NCBI GenBank assembly: GCA_017958225.1
Contig: JAGDDD010000041.1
Span: 1 to 53,407, forward strand
Direction of reading: 5' to 3'
DNA from: Alphaproteobacteria bacterium
GTDB taxonomy: Bacteria; Pseudomonadota; Alphaproteobacteria; CAAHEQ01; UBA3637
Length of the DNA: 53,407 nt
Part shown: positions 9,552 to 19,916 of the stretch, in pieces
Position numbering within the stretch: the first letter of the stretch is position 1
Layout of the letters: each line of letters begins with the position of its first letter
Position numbers and translations under genes: made by a program
Notes under the pieces: model-generated
Database searches by the model: none
What the model was told of the DNA's origin: nothing
What the model saw: the letters and a program-made list of their open reading frames with translations, nothing else

Positions 9552-10985
9552 ATGACACTGAAAGATGTAACAAAAACAATTGAAAAAGCCTATCCGTATG
9601 GGTTTGATACACCCGTAGCGACGGATACGGTGCCTGTGGGTTTGTCGGCTGATATTATTCGTCAGATTTCCGCCATTAAAGGCGAGCCACAATGGCTGTT
9701 AGATTTTCGTCTGAAAGCCTTTGAACATTGGCAGGGGATGAAGGAGCCTCATTGGGGAAAGGTTAAATACGCGCCGATTGATTATCAAAAGATTTGTTAT
9801 TATGCCGCCCCGAAAGCCGCGCCTAAATCGTTGGATGAAGTTGATCCAGCTGTTTTGGCCACCTATGAAAAGTTGGGGATTCCCGTGCGTGAGCAAAAAG
9901 CCTTGCAAGGTATTGTGGCGGTGGATGCGGTGTTTGACAGTGTGTCGGTCGCAACAACCTATCAAGAATCTTTGGCGCAAAAGGGCATTATCTTTTGTTC
10001 GTTTTCTCAAGCGGTCAAAAAATATCCGGACCTGGTCAAGCAATATTTGGGCTCGGTTGTGCCCTATACAGATAACTTTTTTGCCTGTTTAAACAGTGCG
10101 GTTTTTTCGGATGGCTCGTTTGTCTATATTCCCAAAGGCGTGCGCTGCCCGATGGAATTGTCCAGTTATTTTCGCATAAATGCGCGTAATTTCGGCCAGT
10201 TTGAGCGCACCCTGATTGTATGCGAAGAAGACGCCTATGTCAGTTATTTGGAAGGTTGCACCGCTCCGCAACGCGATGAAAATCAACTGCATGCGGCGAT
10301 TGTGGAAATTGTGGTAAAAGACAGGGGCGAGGTCAAGTATTCCACCGTGCAAAACTGGTATCCGGGCGATGAGACGGGCAAGGGCGGTATTTATAACTTT
10401 GTGACCAAAAGAGGTATTTGCCACACAGCGGCTAAACTGTCATGGACACAGGTAGAGACCGGCTCGGCGATTACATGGAAATATCCCAGCTGTATTTTAA
10501 AAGGCGATGATGCCGTCGGCGTCTTTTATTCTGTGGCACTAACCAATCATTATCAGCAGGCGGACACGGGCACCAAGATGATTCACCTGGGCAAGCGGAC
10601 GTCTTCTACCATTATTTCCAAAGGTATTTCGGCCGGCCATGCGCAACAGACTTATCGCGGGTTGGTGAAAATCGCGCCTCACGCCGAAGGCGCCCGCAAT
10701 TTTTCGCGTTGCGACAGTTTGCTCATCGGGCAACAATGTGGCGCGCATACGGTGCCTGTTTTACAAAATCAAAATCCGACAGCGCAGTTGGAGCACGAAG
10801 CTTCAACCAGTAAAATCAGCGAAGAACAACTGTTCTATTGTCAACAGCGCGGCTTGTCGGAAGAAGAGGCGGTGGCCTTGGTGGTCAATGGTTTCTGTAA
10901 AGAAGTTATGCAACAGTTGCCCTTGGAGTTTGCGATTGAAGCGTCGCGCCTTATTGGTGTCAATTTGGAAGGAAGTGTAGGATAA
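9552..10985 (+). CDS. sufB: Fe-S cluster assembly protein SufB
   Basis: [36 protein letters not shown]. Confidence 0.97.
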   Translation: MTLKDVTKTIEKAYPYGFDTPVATDTVPVGLSADIIRQISAIKGEPQWLLDFRLKAFEHWQGMKEPHWGKVKYAPIDYQKICYYAAPKAAPKSLDEVDPAVLATYEKLGIPVREQKALQGIVAVDAVFDSVSVATTYQESLAQKGIIFCSFSQAVKKYPDLVKQYLGSVVPYTDNFFACLNSAVFSDGSFVYIPKGVRCPMELSSYFRINARNFGQFERTLIVCEEDAYVSYLEGCTAPQRDENQLHAAIVEIVVKDRGEVKYSTVQNWYPGDETGKGGIYNFVTKRGICHTAAKLSWTQVETGSAITWKYPSCILKGDDAVGVFYSVALTNHYQQADTGTKMIHLGKRTSSTIISKGISAGHAQQTYRGLVKIAPHAEGARNFSRCDSLLIGQQCGAHTVPVLQNQNPTAQLEHEASTSKISEEQLFYCQQRGLSEEEAVALVVNGFCKEVMQQLPLEFAIEASRLIGVNLEGSVG

Positions 10986-11719
10986 TGCTGGATATTGTTG
11001 ATTTATATGCCCGTGTGGAGCAAAAAGAAATCTTAAAGGGGCTGTCTTTACGTATTAAAGAAGGCGAAGTCCATGCGATTATGGGGCCCAACGGGTCGGG
11101 CAAAAGCACGTTAGCGCAGGTGTTGGCAGGGCATCCGGCCTATCAGGTCACGCAAGGGCAGGTGCAATTTTGTGGCAAAGATTTGCTGAAAATGTCCGTT
11201 TCGGAAAGAGCGTGCCAAGGTCTGTTTTTAGGCTTTCAATATCCGGTAGAATTATCGGGTGTGCCTTATGCGACCTTTTTGAAACAATCGTTGGCAGCTT
11301 ATCGAAAAGCCAGAGGACAAGAGCCGTTGGACGCACCGTCTTTTATTCGCTATTTGAAGTTGCGTGCGCAGGCGGTCGGCGTGTCGGATGAAATGTTAAA
11401 ACGCCCCGTCAATGTCGGTTTTTCCGGTGGCGAAAAGAAAAGGTTAGAGGTCTTGCAAATGGCGGTGTTAGAGCCGAAATTGTGCATCTTGGATGAGTTG
11501 GATTCGGGCTTGGATATTGACGCTTTGCGGCAATTGTCCGAAGCGGTCAATGTGATGCGCGATGCGCACAGAAGTTTCTTGCTGATTACGCACTATGATC
11601 GCTTGTTGCAATATATTCAGCCGGATGTTGTTCATGTGATGAAGGATGGCAAGATTATCGAATCCGGAGATAAAACCTTGGCTCAAAAATTGGAAGAAAA
11701 AGGGTATGCCGATTATTAA
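10985..11719 (+). CDS. sufC: Fe-S assembly ATPase SufC
   Basis: GPNGSGKST, GFSGGEKKR, LDELDSGLD. Confidence 0.97.
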   Translation: MLDIVDLYARVEQKEILKGLSLRIKEGEVHAIMGPNGSGKSTLAQVLAGHPAYQVTQGQVQFCGKDLLKMSVSERACQGLFLGFQYPVELSGVPYATFLKQSLAAYRKARGQEPLDAPSFIRYLKLRAQAVGVSDEMLKRPVNVGFSGGEKKRLEVLQMAVLEPKLCILDELDSGLDIDALRQLSEAVNVMRDAHRSFLLITHYDRLLQYIQPDVVHVMKDGKIIESGDKTLAQKLEEKGYADY

Positions 11720-12290
11720 AAAGTCTTTTGTCAATCTGGTGGAAGAAAGTCTGCATGTGCCTGCGCATACGCATATGCAGTTGTATTGCCTGCAAATGGG
11801 GAGCCGGGGACACTTGACCGTTTCATTGGACGGTGAGGGTGCGCGGGCCGATATACAGGTGGCTTATTTGTCGGATACGCAACATGCCAATGACTTTACA
11901 TGTGAAGTTTATCACAAGGCCTCTCAAACGATTTCTCATCAAAACATTGTCGGTGGGGCGGCACAGGCCGGACAGGCGCACATCAACAGTTTAATTCATA
12001 TTCAAGAAGGCGTGGCGCGTTGTGAAGGTTATCAGCAGCATAAAGGGCTTTTGCTGTCGCCGGACGCGTTGATTTCTTGCGTGCCGGAGCTCAACATTTA
12101 TGCGGAAGATGTGATTTGCACACATGGGTCGGCCATTGGCGCGTTGGATAAACTGGCCTTGTTTTATATGTGTTCGCGCGGTCTGTCCGAACAAGAGGCA
12201 AAAAAAATGTTGCTTTTAGGCTTTTTTGATATAGGCTTTGAAAAAGAGGCCTTACAACAAATAGAAAAGTGGGTAGAATCGTATGTATAA
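11706..12290 (+). CDS. sufD: SufD family protein (short, C-terminal part only)
   Basis: PELNIYAEDVICTHGSAIGALD..LFYMCSRG; located between sufC and sufS. Confidence 0.85.
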   Translation: MPIIKKSFVNLVEESLHVPAHTHMQLYCLQMGSRGHLTVSLDGEGARADIQVAYLSDTQHANDFTCEVYHKASQTISHQNIVGGAAQAGQAHINSLIHIQEGVARCEGYQQHKGLLLSPDALISCVPELNIYAEDVICTHGSAIGALDKLALFYMCSRGLSEQEAKKMLLLGFFDIGFEKEALQQIEKWVESYV

Positions 12291-13476
12291 AAGTGATTTC
12301 CCTATTTTTAAAACGCAGAAAAAACCATTTGTGTTCTTTGATACAGCCGCGTCGGCGCAAAAGCCTGCGGTGGTTATCAAGGCGATGTCCGAGATGTATA
12401 AAACCTGTTATGCCAATGTGCATCGCGGCCTGTATCGCCTGTCGGATGAAGCGTCGGCCGCCTTTGAGCAAGCCCGTCAAACGGTGGCGCAGTTCATCGG
12501 TGCGCAAAGCCAAGACATTATTTGGACGCGTGGCGCAACCGAATCTATCAATTTGGTGGCGCACAGTTTTGGACAGACACTGAAAGCCGGCGATGAGATC
12601 GTGTTGTCTGTAGCGGAACATCACTCCAATTTAGTGCCCTGGCAAGTGTTACGGGATCAAAAGGGTGTCGTTTTGAAGTTTGTGCCTGTTTTTCCGAATG
12701 GTTTGCCGGATATGAAAGTTTATGCGGGTAGCCTGACAAAGAAAACAAAACTGGTGGCGATGACCCATATGTCTAATGTGTTAGGCACAGTTTTCCCTGT
12801 GGAAGAGATGATTAAACAGGCCCACCAGGTCGGCGCCAAAGTGCTTATCGACGGCACGCAAAGTATTGTGCATAGGCCTGTCAATGTAGCGCGTATGGGC
12901 TGTGATTTCTTTGTCTTTTCCGGCCATAAGTTGTATGGGCCGACGGGCATTGGTGTGCTGTATGCACCGCATGCCTGGATGAATACCTTGCCGCCTTATC
13001 AGACCGGCGGGCAAATGATTAAAACGGTGACATTGGAAAAAACAACCTATGCCGAATCTCCTGCGCGATTTGAAGCCGGCACGCCGCCGATTGTGGAAGC
13101 GATCGGGCTGGCTAAGGCCATAGACTATGTCAAGTCTATTGGTTGGGATAAGATTCAAAAACACGAAGAGCGCATTTCTGCCTTGTTGATGCAGACTTTG
13201 GCCGATTGTCTTTTTGTGGAGCCTTTGGGTGCTTGGGCCGAAAAGAAAGGGCTTGTGGCCTTTAATATCAAAGGCGTGCATGCCTATGATGTCGGCACGT
13301 TTTTAGGCCTGTCGGGGCTGGCAGTGCGTGTCGGCTTGCACTGTGCAGAGCCTTTGGCGCAAGCGTTCCATGTGCCCGGTTCTGTGCGTATTTCGCTCGG
13401 TCTGTATAACGATGAAAAAGATATTCAAGCGTTAGCCGCTGCGTTGGCAAAATTGAAAAAGGTGTATGCTTTATGA
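12283..13476 (+). CDS. sufS: Cysteine desulfurase SufS
   Basis: DTAASAQKP, EHHSN, SGHKLYGPTG, RVGLHCA. Confidence 0.95.
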   Translation: MYKSDFPIFKTQKKPFVFFDTAASAQKPAVVIKAMSEMYKTCYANVHRGLYRLSDEASAAFEQARQTVAQFIGAQSQDIIWTRGATESINLVAHSFGQTLKAGDEIVLSVAEHHSNLVPWQVLRDQKGVVLKFVPVFPNGLPDMKVYAGSLTKKTKLVAMTHMSNVLGTVFPVEEMIKQAHQVGAKVLIDGTQSIVHRPVNVARMGCDFFVFSGHKLYGPTGIGVLYAPHAWMNTLPPYQTGGQMIKTVTLEKTTYAESPARFEAGTPPIVEAIGLAKAIDYVKSIGWDKIQKHEERISALLMQTLADCLFVEPLGAWAEKKGLVAFNIKGVHAYDVGTFLGLSGLAVRVGLHCAEPLAQAFHVPGSVRISLGLYNDEKDIQALAAALAKLKKVYAL

Positions 13477-13835
13477 CGGAAGAAGTCAAAGAGATTCAAG
13501 CTGAATTTGTCACGCCTTTGGCGAAGGGCGCGACGGTGGCTTCTCGTGAAACGCTAATAGAACGCATCAAGCAAATTCAAGATCCCGAATTGATGATAGA
13601 TATTTATAACTTGGGCTTGATTTATAAGTTAGATATTCACGACAATGGGGATGTGGATATTGATATGACTCTGACGTCGCCTATGTGCCCGTTGGCTGGG
13701 GAGATGCCCTATATGGTGGCGCATGCGGTGGGTACTGCCGAGGGCGTCGGTGTTGTGAAAGTGCGTTTGGTGTGGGAGCCGGCTTGGTCGTTGGACCGCC
13801 TAAGCGACGAAGTCAAATTAGCTTTGGGGATATAG
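13473..13835 (+). CDS. MIP18/DUF59 (SufT-like) Fe-S assembly protein
   Basis: DPEL..DIYNLGLIY, MTLTSPMCP, VWEPAW. Confidence 0.92.
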   Translation: MTEEVKEIQAEFVTPLAKGATVASRETLIERIKQIQDPELMIDIYNLGLIYKLDIHDNGDVDIDMTLTSPMCPLAGEMPYMVAHAVGTAEGVGVVKVRLVWEPAWSLDRLSDEVKLALGI

Positions 13836-13842
13836 CCGTTAT

Positions 13843-14100
13843 TTACAACTCTTTGAAATCAACATCTATGACTTTGTCTTGACCGCGTTTTTTGTGTGGC
13901 CGCATGGTCTTGGTTAAAGCGTCTTGCCAGGCTTTGAAAGTCTTTTTAAGTTGGTAGGAGTGCCAAGCGGATGATATGAAGAAGATGAGCAAAAGCACCA
14001 AAAAAATGGGCAAGGCTACATACCACACAATGCACAACAGCACAAAAATGCAGGCCAGTGTGACAGACAAAGAAAGTAAAAACAGTATGTTATTGAGCAT
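13843..14100 (-). CDS. Small hypothetical membrane protein
   Basis: Two hydrophobic segments, C-terminal VIDVDFKE; GAGG RBS. Confidence 0.65.
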   Translation of the reverse strand: MLNNILFLLSLSVTLACIFVLLCIVWYVALPIFLVLLLIFFISSAWHSYQLKKTFKAWQDALTKTMRPHKKRGQDKVIDVDFKEL

Positions 14101-14140
14101 GTTTTTTCCTCTATACGACAATATAGGTTATTCCATCAGA

Positions 14141-14455
14141 TTATTCAATAGGGCGTTTTGACGCCAGATAAGTTTCCAACAGATAGCGCAGTTTGGCACG
14201 ACCGGCCGGCGAATTGGAATGCACTTCAAAAGAGAAGTTTTCCGGTAAGAAGGCACCGTTCTTTTCCTTGTCCTGTTCAATCAGCCAATGCACAAAGGGC
14301 AGGGAATCTAACCCGTTGGCTAAATAAAAATCAAAAGAAATACACTCGGGGCATCCGTTGGTTTGCACCCAGCGAATCGCCTCGTCCGTTGTTCTGACGA
14401 CCGACCAGGTGGTGTCCGGCGCTTGACGCAGGTCATCCAAGAATAATTTTGCCAT
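14141..14455 (-). CDS. Cyclic-phosphate-processing receiver-like domain protein
   Basis: LFLDDLR, ISFDFYL, VHSNSPAG motifs. Confidence 0.75.
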   Translation of the reverse strand: MAKLFLDDLRQAPDTTWSVVRTTDEAIRWVQTNGCPECISFDFYLANGLDSLPFVHWLIEQDKEKNGAFLPENFSFEVHSNSPAGRAKLRYLLETYLASKRPIE

Positions 14456-15451
14456 TTATATACCTTCGTCTTTCAAGGGGCGCGTCAGCAATTCTTGCAT
14501 AGCGTCAGGAATAGAAAGGCCCTCAAACAAAATCTGATAAACTGCCGTGCAGATGGGCATTTCAATATTCAACTCTTTGGCGCGTTTTAACACAGCCGGC
14601 GCGGTATGAATACCTTCCACGGTCTTTGTGTTCTCGGCTAGCAATTCTTTGGCAGATAGGCGTTGTCCAACCTCAAAACCAAACGAAAAGTTACGCGATT
14701 GCGTGCAGGTGGCGGTCAAAATCAAATCGCCCAAGCCGCACATACCAATCATGGTGCGCAAATGTCCGTTTAACGCTTTGGCCAGACGAGTCATTTCGTT
14801 GAGGCCACGTGTAATCAAGGCAGCACGGGCATCATCACCGAATCCGGCACCTTCAACAATACCGGAAGCAATCGCCATGACGTTTTTCAAACTCCCCCCG
14901 ATTTGCGGAGAGATAATGTCCGCTGTTGTATAGGGGCGGAAAGTGCGTGTGCTCATCATTTTGGACAAGGTGTCCGCCGTTTCCTTTTCGGCGCAAGCAA
15001 TAGTAACGGCTGTCGGTTTGCCTAAGGCCACTTCGCGGGCAAAGGACGGACCGGCTAAAATCGCCAAGCGCACACCCGGCACAATCTGCTGGGCCACTTC
15101 GCTGAGCAACAGACCTGTATCTGTTTCAATACCTTTAGCGCATAAAATTAGGCAATTTTCCTTGCGGACAAAGGGCTTCATTTGCTCTAACACAGAACGC
15201 GTATGCTGGGCAGAGACGGTCATCAGCACAAACTCGGCCTGTTGTAAAACGTCTTGCAGGCTGTCCGTTGCTTTAATCGCTTCGGGCAAAGGAATCTCCG
15301 GCAAGAATCGTTCATTGATTCCCCGTTGATTGATGGACGCAACCACATCCGGTTCGCGTGCCCAACAAATAACGTGGTTGCCTGCGCGTGCAGCTGTCAA
15401 AGCCAGCGCTGTTCCCCAAATACCTGTTCCAATAACACCAATAGTTGCCAT
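14456..15451 (-). CDS. gpsA: NAD(P)H-dependent glycerol-3-phosphate dehydrogenase
   Basis: GTGIWGTALA, KGIE, GPSFA, KNVMAIA, GLGDL, SRN. Confidence 0.96.
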   Translation of the reverse strand: MATIGVIGTGIWGTALALTAARAGNHVICWAREPDVVASINQRGINERFLPEIPLPEAIKATDSLQDVLQQAEFVLMTVSAQHTRSVLEQMKPFVRKENCLILCAKGIETDTGLLLSEVAQQIVPGVRLAILAGPSFAREVALGKPTAVTIACAEKETADTLSKMMSTRTFRPYTTADIISPQIGGSLKNVMAIASGIVEGAGFGDDARAALITRGLNEMTRLAKALNGHLRTMIGMCGLGDLILTATCTQSRNFSFGFEVGQRLSAKELLAENTKTVEGIHTAPAVLKRAKELNIEMPICTAVYQILFEGLSIPDAMQELLTRPLKDEGI

Positions 15452-15560
15452 GGTTTTACCTCCTGATATGATACTAACATAATGCAAAAGAAAAAAAAAG
15501 ACAATACTTGCTAATTGTTCTTTTTTTGTTATTATATAGTTTCAAAATAGAGGAGTGTTT

Positions 15561-16391
15561 ATGTATTCTGGAATTGTGTTACCACCTTTTGATCCCGTCG
15601 TGTTTCAGATTGGCTCGCTGGCGGTCCGTTGGTATTCTTTGGCCTATATCGTCGGTTTTATCTTGGCGTTATGCTTGGTCAGGCAAATGACCAGGTGTCG
15701 CATGCCCTGTTTGAACAAGGCCTTGTTGGATGATTTGCTGTTTTATTCGGTGTTGGGTGTTGTTGTCGGTGGTCGGTTAGGCTATGTGCTCTTTTATAAT
15801 TTTTCCTACTACGCGCAAAACTTTTGGGAAATATTTAAAGTATGGCAGGGCGGTATGGCCTTTCATGGCGGCTTGCTCGGTATGATTGTGGTCACTGTGT
15901 GGTTTGCGCGCAAGCACCGGATTCCTGTGCTTATTTTGTCCGATATTTTGGTGACGGTGGCGCCGATAGGCTTGCTGTTAGGTCGCTTGGCGAACTTTAT
16001 TAATGGGGAATTGTTCGGGCGTGTGACCAACGCTGTTCCTTGGGCGATGATTTTTCCGACAGATCCGTTGCTGTTGCCGCGCCATCCCAGCCAATTGTAT
16101 GAAGCGTTGGGCGAGGGCGTGTTCTTGCTCCTGTTGCTTAATATTTTGTGGTGGAAAAGTAAGGGTTGTCAAAAACATCCCGGCATTATCACGGGTTTAT
16201 TTTTTATGGTGTATGCGGCGTTGCGTTTTGGTATAGAATATTTCCGTGCGCCCGATGCGCAAATCGGTTTTATTTATGCGTTATCTTTGGGCCAGTGGTT
16301 GTGCCTGCCGATGTTGGTCGGTGGTGCGATTATCCTTGCCTACGGTGTGCGCCGAACCATCAGTAAATCTTGGGAGGTCAAGGTCAGATGA
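15561..16391 (+). CDS. lgt: Prolipoprotein diacylglyceryl transferase
   Basis: GGRLGYVLFY, GGMAFHGG, GRLANFINGELFGR, HPSQLYE. Confidence 0.97.
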   Translation: MYSGIVLPPFDPVVFQIGSLAVRWYSLAYIVGFILALCLVRQMTRCRMPCLNKALLDDLLFYSVLGVVVGGRLGYVLFYNFSYYAQNFWEIFKVWQGGMAFHGGLLGMIVVTVWFARKHRIPVLILSDILVTVAPIGLLLGRLANFINGELFGRVTNAVPWAMIFPTDPLLLPRHPSQLYEALGEGVFLLLLLNILWWKSKGCQKHPGIITGLFFMVYAALRFGIEYFRAPDAQIGFIYALSLGQWLCLPMLVGGAIILAYGVRRTISKSWEVKVR

Positions 16392-16999
16392 ACGACAAAA
16401 AAACTTTTTGGGGACGTTGTATGCGCCTGTTGCGCTATAAGTTGGTTATTCCCCTCAAGCGCAGCCAGGAAAGCATAGATTATATTGCGCGTGGTGTGTC
16501 TGTCGGTTTGGCGTGGGCCATGACGCCATTGGTGGGCATCCAGATGACGACGGTGTTACTGACCTGGATTGTGGGCAAGTTCTTCAAATGGCGATTTTCG
16601 TTAGTGAGTGCGTGCGCCTGGACCTGGGTCACTAATGTTGTGACGATGTGGCCTATTTATTATGTCTTTTATGTAACGGGTAAGTTGTTGATGGGGCAGG
16701 TGCACAGTATCAATGCCTATACGACCTTTTTACAGGCAGCGAAAGAGGCCTTTTCGGAGAATACATCTTTCTGGGAAATCGGTCGCTCCATTATGATATT
16801 TATGAAACTGTTGTTGCAAGATTGGGGCATCGCTATGGCTGTGGGTTGTTTGCCCTGGTTAGTGGCGTCGGCCTGGTTAGGCTATGTGTTGAGTTATCGT
16901 TGGTTGTCGGCTCATCGCGCCAAGACCCAAAACAGAGAGGAAAGACGCGCTTATTGGCGGGCTCGTTTGGCGCGTAAGGGAAAACGTAAAGGTAAATAA
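16388..16999 (+). CDS. DUF2062 family membrane protein
   Basis: IARGVSVGL..TP..G.Q; WVTNVVT..PIY. Confidence 0.8.
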   Translation: MNDKKTFWGRCMRLLRYKLVIPLKRSQESIDYIARGVSVGLAWAMTPLVGIQMTTVLLTWIVGKFFKWRFSLVSACAWTWVTNVVTMWPIYYVFYVTGKLLMGQVHSINAYTTFLQAAKEAFSENTSFWEIGRSIMIFMKLLLQDWGIAMAVGCLPWLVASAWLGYVLSYRWLSAHRAKTQNREERRAYWRARLARKGKRKGK

Positions 17000-17626
17000 A
17001 TGGAGCAGAGTTCTCTTTTACAAGCTCTTCCCAGTATCACGCATGGTTTTTATGGGCGCGCTGATACGCCTTTAGTCAAAGAGCCCGTGATTGTTAAACA
17101 GATTCACTCGGCGCGTGTTTTAACAGTGACCGGACCATGCCCAGATGCGTGCGCAGATGCTTTGGTAACCAAGACGCCGGGCGTCAATTTAGCTATCAAA
17201 ACAGGCGATTGTGTGCCGGTGCTGTTTGCCGATCCTAAAAATCATATTATCGGCGCGGCACATGCCGGTTGGCGCGGTGCGCTGGCGGGCGTTGTGGAGA
17301 CAACATTGTTGGCGATGGTGCGTTTAGGCGCTGATATCGAAGAGGTCGTGGCGGCTATTGGCCCTTGTATTCACAAAGAACATTACCAAGTCTCACCCGA
17401 TTTTCAGGCACAATTTTCTGCAGATGTGCAAGGATTTTTCAGCACTTTTCCCGACGGCCTTCATTTTGATTTGCCCTCTTATGTGGCGCATCGTTTGAAA
17501 GAAGCGGGGGTCAAAGCGGTAGATGTGCTGCCGATCGATACCTACACGGATCGGCGTTTTTACAGTTATCGCGCACAGCCGCAAGAAAAAGGGCGGCAGT
17601 TATCGTGTATTTGTTTGTGTCCGTAA
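17000..17626 (+). CDS. pgeF: PgeF/YfiH (laccase-like, peptidoglycan editing) family protein
   Basis: QIHS, ADALVT, TGDCVPVL, HAGWRG, IGPCI, FYSYR. Confidence 0.92.
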   Translation: MEQSSLLQALPSITHGFYGRADTPLVKEPVIVKQIHSARVLTVTGPCPDACADALVTKTPGVNLAIKTGDCVPVLFADPKNHIIGAAHAGWRGALAGVVETTLLAMVRLGADIEEVVAAIGPCIHKEHYQVSPDFQAQFSADVQGFFSTFPDGLHFDLPSYVAHRLKEAGVKAVDVLPIDTYTDRRFYSYRAQPQEKGRQLSCICLCP

Positions 17627-17627
17627 A

Positions 17628-18650
17628 CTAGGGCTCAATAAAAGTCGCATCGCCATAGGAAAAGAAGCGATATTTATTTTGTATAGCGTGCGCATAAGCC
17701 GTCTTCATGCGCTCTGTTCCGGCAAAAGCACAAACCAACATAAACAAGGTTGATTGTGGCAAGTGAAAGTTTGTCCATAGCGCATCAACGCACTTAAACT
17801 GATACCCCGGTGTGATAAAAATAGACGTGTTTTGCGCAAACGGATGAACTGTGCCACTGGCGTCGGTCGCGCTTTCTAACAGGCGCAGGGTCGTTGTGCC
17901 TACCGCGACAATGCGTCGTTTTTGCTGCTTGGCTTGGGTCAGAGCGTCAGCGGTCTTTTGGTCAATAATGCCATATTCGGCGTGCATAATGTGGTCTTTC
18001 GTGTCGGCTACCTTGACTGGCAAGAAAGTGCCTCCACCGACATGCAGAGTAATAAAATGGCGCTCAATGCCTTTATTTTCCAAGGCAGACATCAAGTTCG
18101 GCGTGAAATGCAGGCCGGCGGTCGGTGCGGCGACAGCACCTTCATGTTGCGCATAAATGGTCTGATAGTCGGCTTTGTCCTTGTTCGTGCTGGCCCGTTT
18201 GATATACGGTGGCAAGGGCATAATGCCATATTTGTGAAAGGCTTCAAACAAGTCGGGGCCTGATTGGTTAAATATCAGCACCACAGGTCCGTTGGGCAAT
18301 TTTTCTTTGACGGTTGCGGTAAAATCTGTGGCAAATGTAATTGTGTCTCCTGGGTGCAATCGGCGGGCATTTTTAATCAAGCAAGACCAAGTGTCCAAGG
18401 CCAGTTGTTGAAGTAAGGTGGCCTCTATGGCCGCTTGTCCGCGTTGTCCGTATAAACGCGCCGGGATAACTTTTGTATCATTAAAAACCAGGACATCATC
18501 TTTGCGCAACAGGGCGGGCAAATCGGTGACAGTTCTGTCATACAAAGCGTTAGGGGTAATGTGCAAGAGTCGGGCAGAATCGCGCGGGTTTGCCGGTTCG
18601 TTGGCAATCAGTTCATGAGGCAGTTCAAAATCAAAAAGAGAAACTTGCAT
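17628..18650 (-). CDS. queA: S-adenosylmethionine:tRNA ribosyltransferase-isomerase
   Basis: NDTKVIPARL, PLPPYI, AAPTAGLHF, TNFHLP, FSYGD. Confidence 0.97.
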   Translation of the reverse strand: MQVSLFDFELPHELIANEPANPRDSARLLHITPNALYDRTVTDLPALLRKDDVLVFNDTKVIPARLYGQRGQAAIEATLLQQLALDTWSCLIKNARRLHPGDTITFATDFTATVKEKLPNGPVVLIFNQSGPDLFEAFHKYGIMPLPPYIKRASTNKDKADYQTIYAQHEGAVAAPTAGLHFTPNLMSALENKGIERHFITLHVGGGTFLPVKVADTKDHIMHAEYGIIDQKTADALTQAKQQKRRIVAVGTTTLRLLESATDASGTVHPFAQNTSIFITPGYQFKCVDALWTNFHLPQSTLFMLVCAFAGTERMKTAYAHAIQNKYRFFSYGDATFIEP

Positions 18651-18652
18651 CG

Positions 18653-19129
18653 TCAGTTTTCCAGCGGGATTTCCTCTTCATCTTCGTTAAAGGCCACATA
18701 GTTTTCCAGCAACTCAATCTGCTCGTTTAAGATATAACTGATCATTTTTTGAAAGGTGGGAAAAGATTTGATTTTCTCATCGGAAAATTCAGCCCGGATT
18801 TCATAGCGGTCTTTGGGGATGTTATAGATAAAGTTTTCTTCATCCGTTTTACCGACAATGATAGCATCTTTGTTGCCGGATAAGGCTTGATACAAATCGT
18901 TTTGTGTCAGCAAATCTGTGATACAATAGGCACCTTTTTGACGCGTTTTGGAGCCGAAAAACTCCAATCCGCCCCAATACAACCCATCGGCTGTTTTTAG
19001 CCATTGAATATAATCTTCAGGAATCTGGTAGCCCTGTGCATTGTTTTCTAACGCTTCTGTTTGTGTCAGGGGAGGTGCGATAAACGCTCCGCCCATTTCT
19101 TTTACTTGTTTTAATAGTTCTTTTAACAT
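18653..19129 (-). CDS. SMI1/KNR4 (SUKH, YrhA-like) family protein
   Basis: IPEDYIQWLKTADGLYWGGLEFFG pattern. Confidence 0.7.
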   Translation of the reverse strand: MLKELLKQVKEMGGAFIAPPLTQTEALENNAQGYQIPEDYIQWLKTADGLYWGGLEFFGSKTRQKGAYCITDLLTQNDLYQALSGNKDAIIVGKTDEENFIYNIPKDRYEIRAEFSDEKIKSFPTFQKMISYILNEQIELLENYVAFNEDEEEIPLEN

Positions 19130-19165
19130 TTTGTCCTCTGAAAGTTCGGTTGTAGAACATAAATG

Positions 19166-19180
19166 TTAATAAAAAGTTAA
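19166..19180 (-). promoter_or_regulatory. CtrA-box-like site TTAA-N7-TTAA(C)
   Basis: Minus strand reads TTAACTTTTTATTAAC, ~37 bp upstream of the SMI1 gene start. Confidence 0.45.
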
Positions 19181-19786
19181 TTATCGGGTGCTTGCCGTGT
19201 GTTTTGTTAGTTGCTGCGTGGCAAAGTCCCAGTTGATGAGATGCTCTATCAGATTTTTTAAATACTCGGCCCGACGATTTTGATAATCCAGATAATAGGC
19301 GTGCTCCCAGACATCTATGACCAGTAAATGCTTTAGCGATTGAGGCTGTAACGCGTTAGATGTGGGCACCACTTTCAAATTGAGTTCATCGTCCAAAACA
19401 AGCCAGGCCCAACCGCTGCCAAACTGATTGAGCGCCGCATGCATCAACTGTTCGTTTAAGTTCGCCATCGAGCCAAAAGATTCATTGATTTTTTGCAATA
19501 AAGCACCTGTCGGTTGTGTGGGTGTCGGGGTTAAACTTTTCCAATATAAGTCATGGTTATAGACTTGCGCTGCGTTGTTATAAAGCTTGCGTTGTGCTGG
19601 ATCGTCGGCAGTCTGCGCGATAATTTGTGCCAAGGACAGTTTATCCAGGGGCGTGTCTGCTATCAACTCATTGACGGTGCGCACATAGCCGGCATGGTGC
19701 TTGCCGTAATGAAAAGAGAGTGTTTGTTCCGAAATATAAGGTGCCAAAGCGTTGGCAGCATAAGGTAGCGGGGCTTGTGTAATCAT
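19181..19786 (-). CDS. sodB: Fe/Mn superoxide dismutase (Fe-type features)
   Basis: HYGKHH, NNAAQVYNH, FGSGWAWL, DVWEHAYY. Confidence 0.92.
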   Translation of the reverse strand: MITQAPLPYAANALAPYISEQTLSFHYGKHHAGYVRTVNELIADTPLDKLSLAQIIAQTADDPAQRKLYNNAAQVYNHDLYWKSLTPTPTQPTGALLQKINESFGSMANLNEQLMHAALNQFGSGWAWLVLDDELNLKVVPTSNALQPQSLKHLLVIDVWEHAYYLDYQNRRAEYLKNLIEHLINWDFATQQLTKHTASTR

Positions 19787-19916
19787 AATATCTCCTTGAC
19801 CGATGGGTTCGTGTAACAGCCATTATATAGGGCATTTTGCCTTAAAAAACAATTTATACGAAAAAAAAGATTGATAAAAGATTGTATTTTTGCTATAACT
19901 AATACAGATTTCTAGT

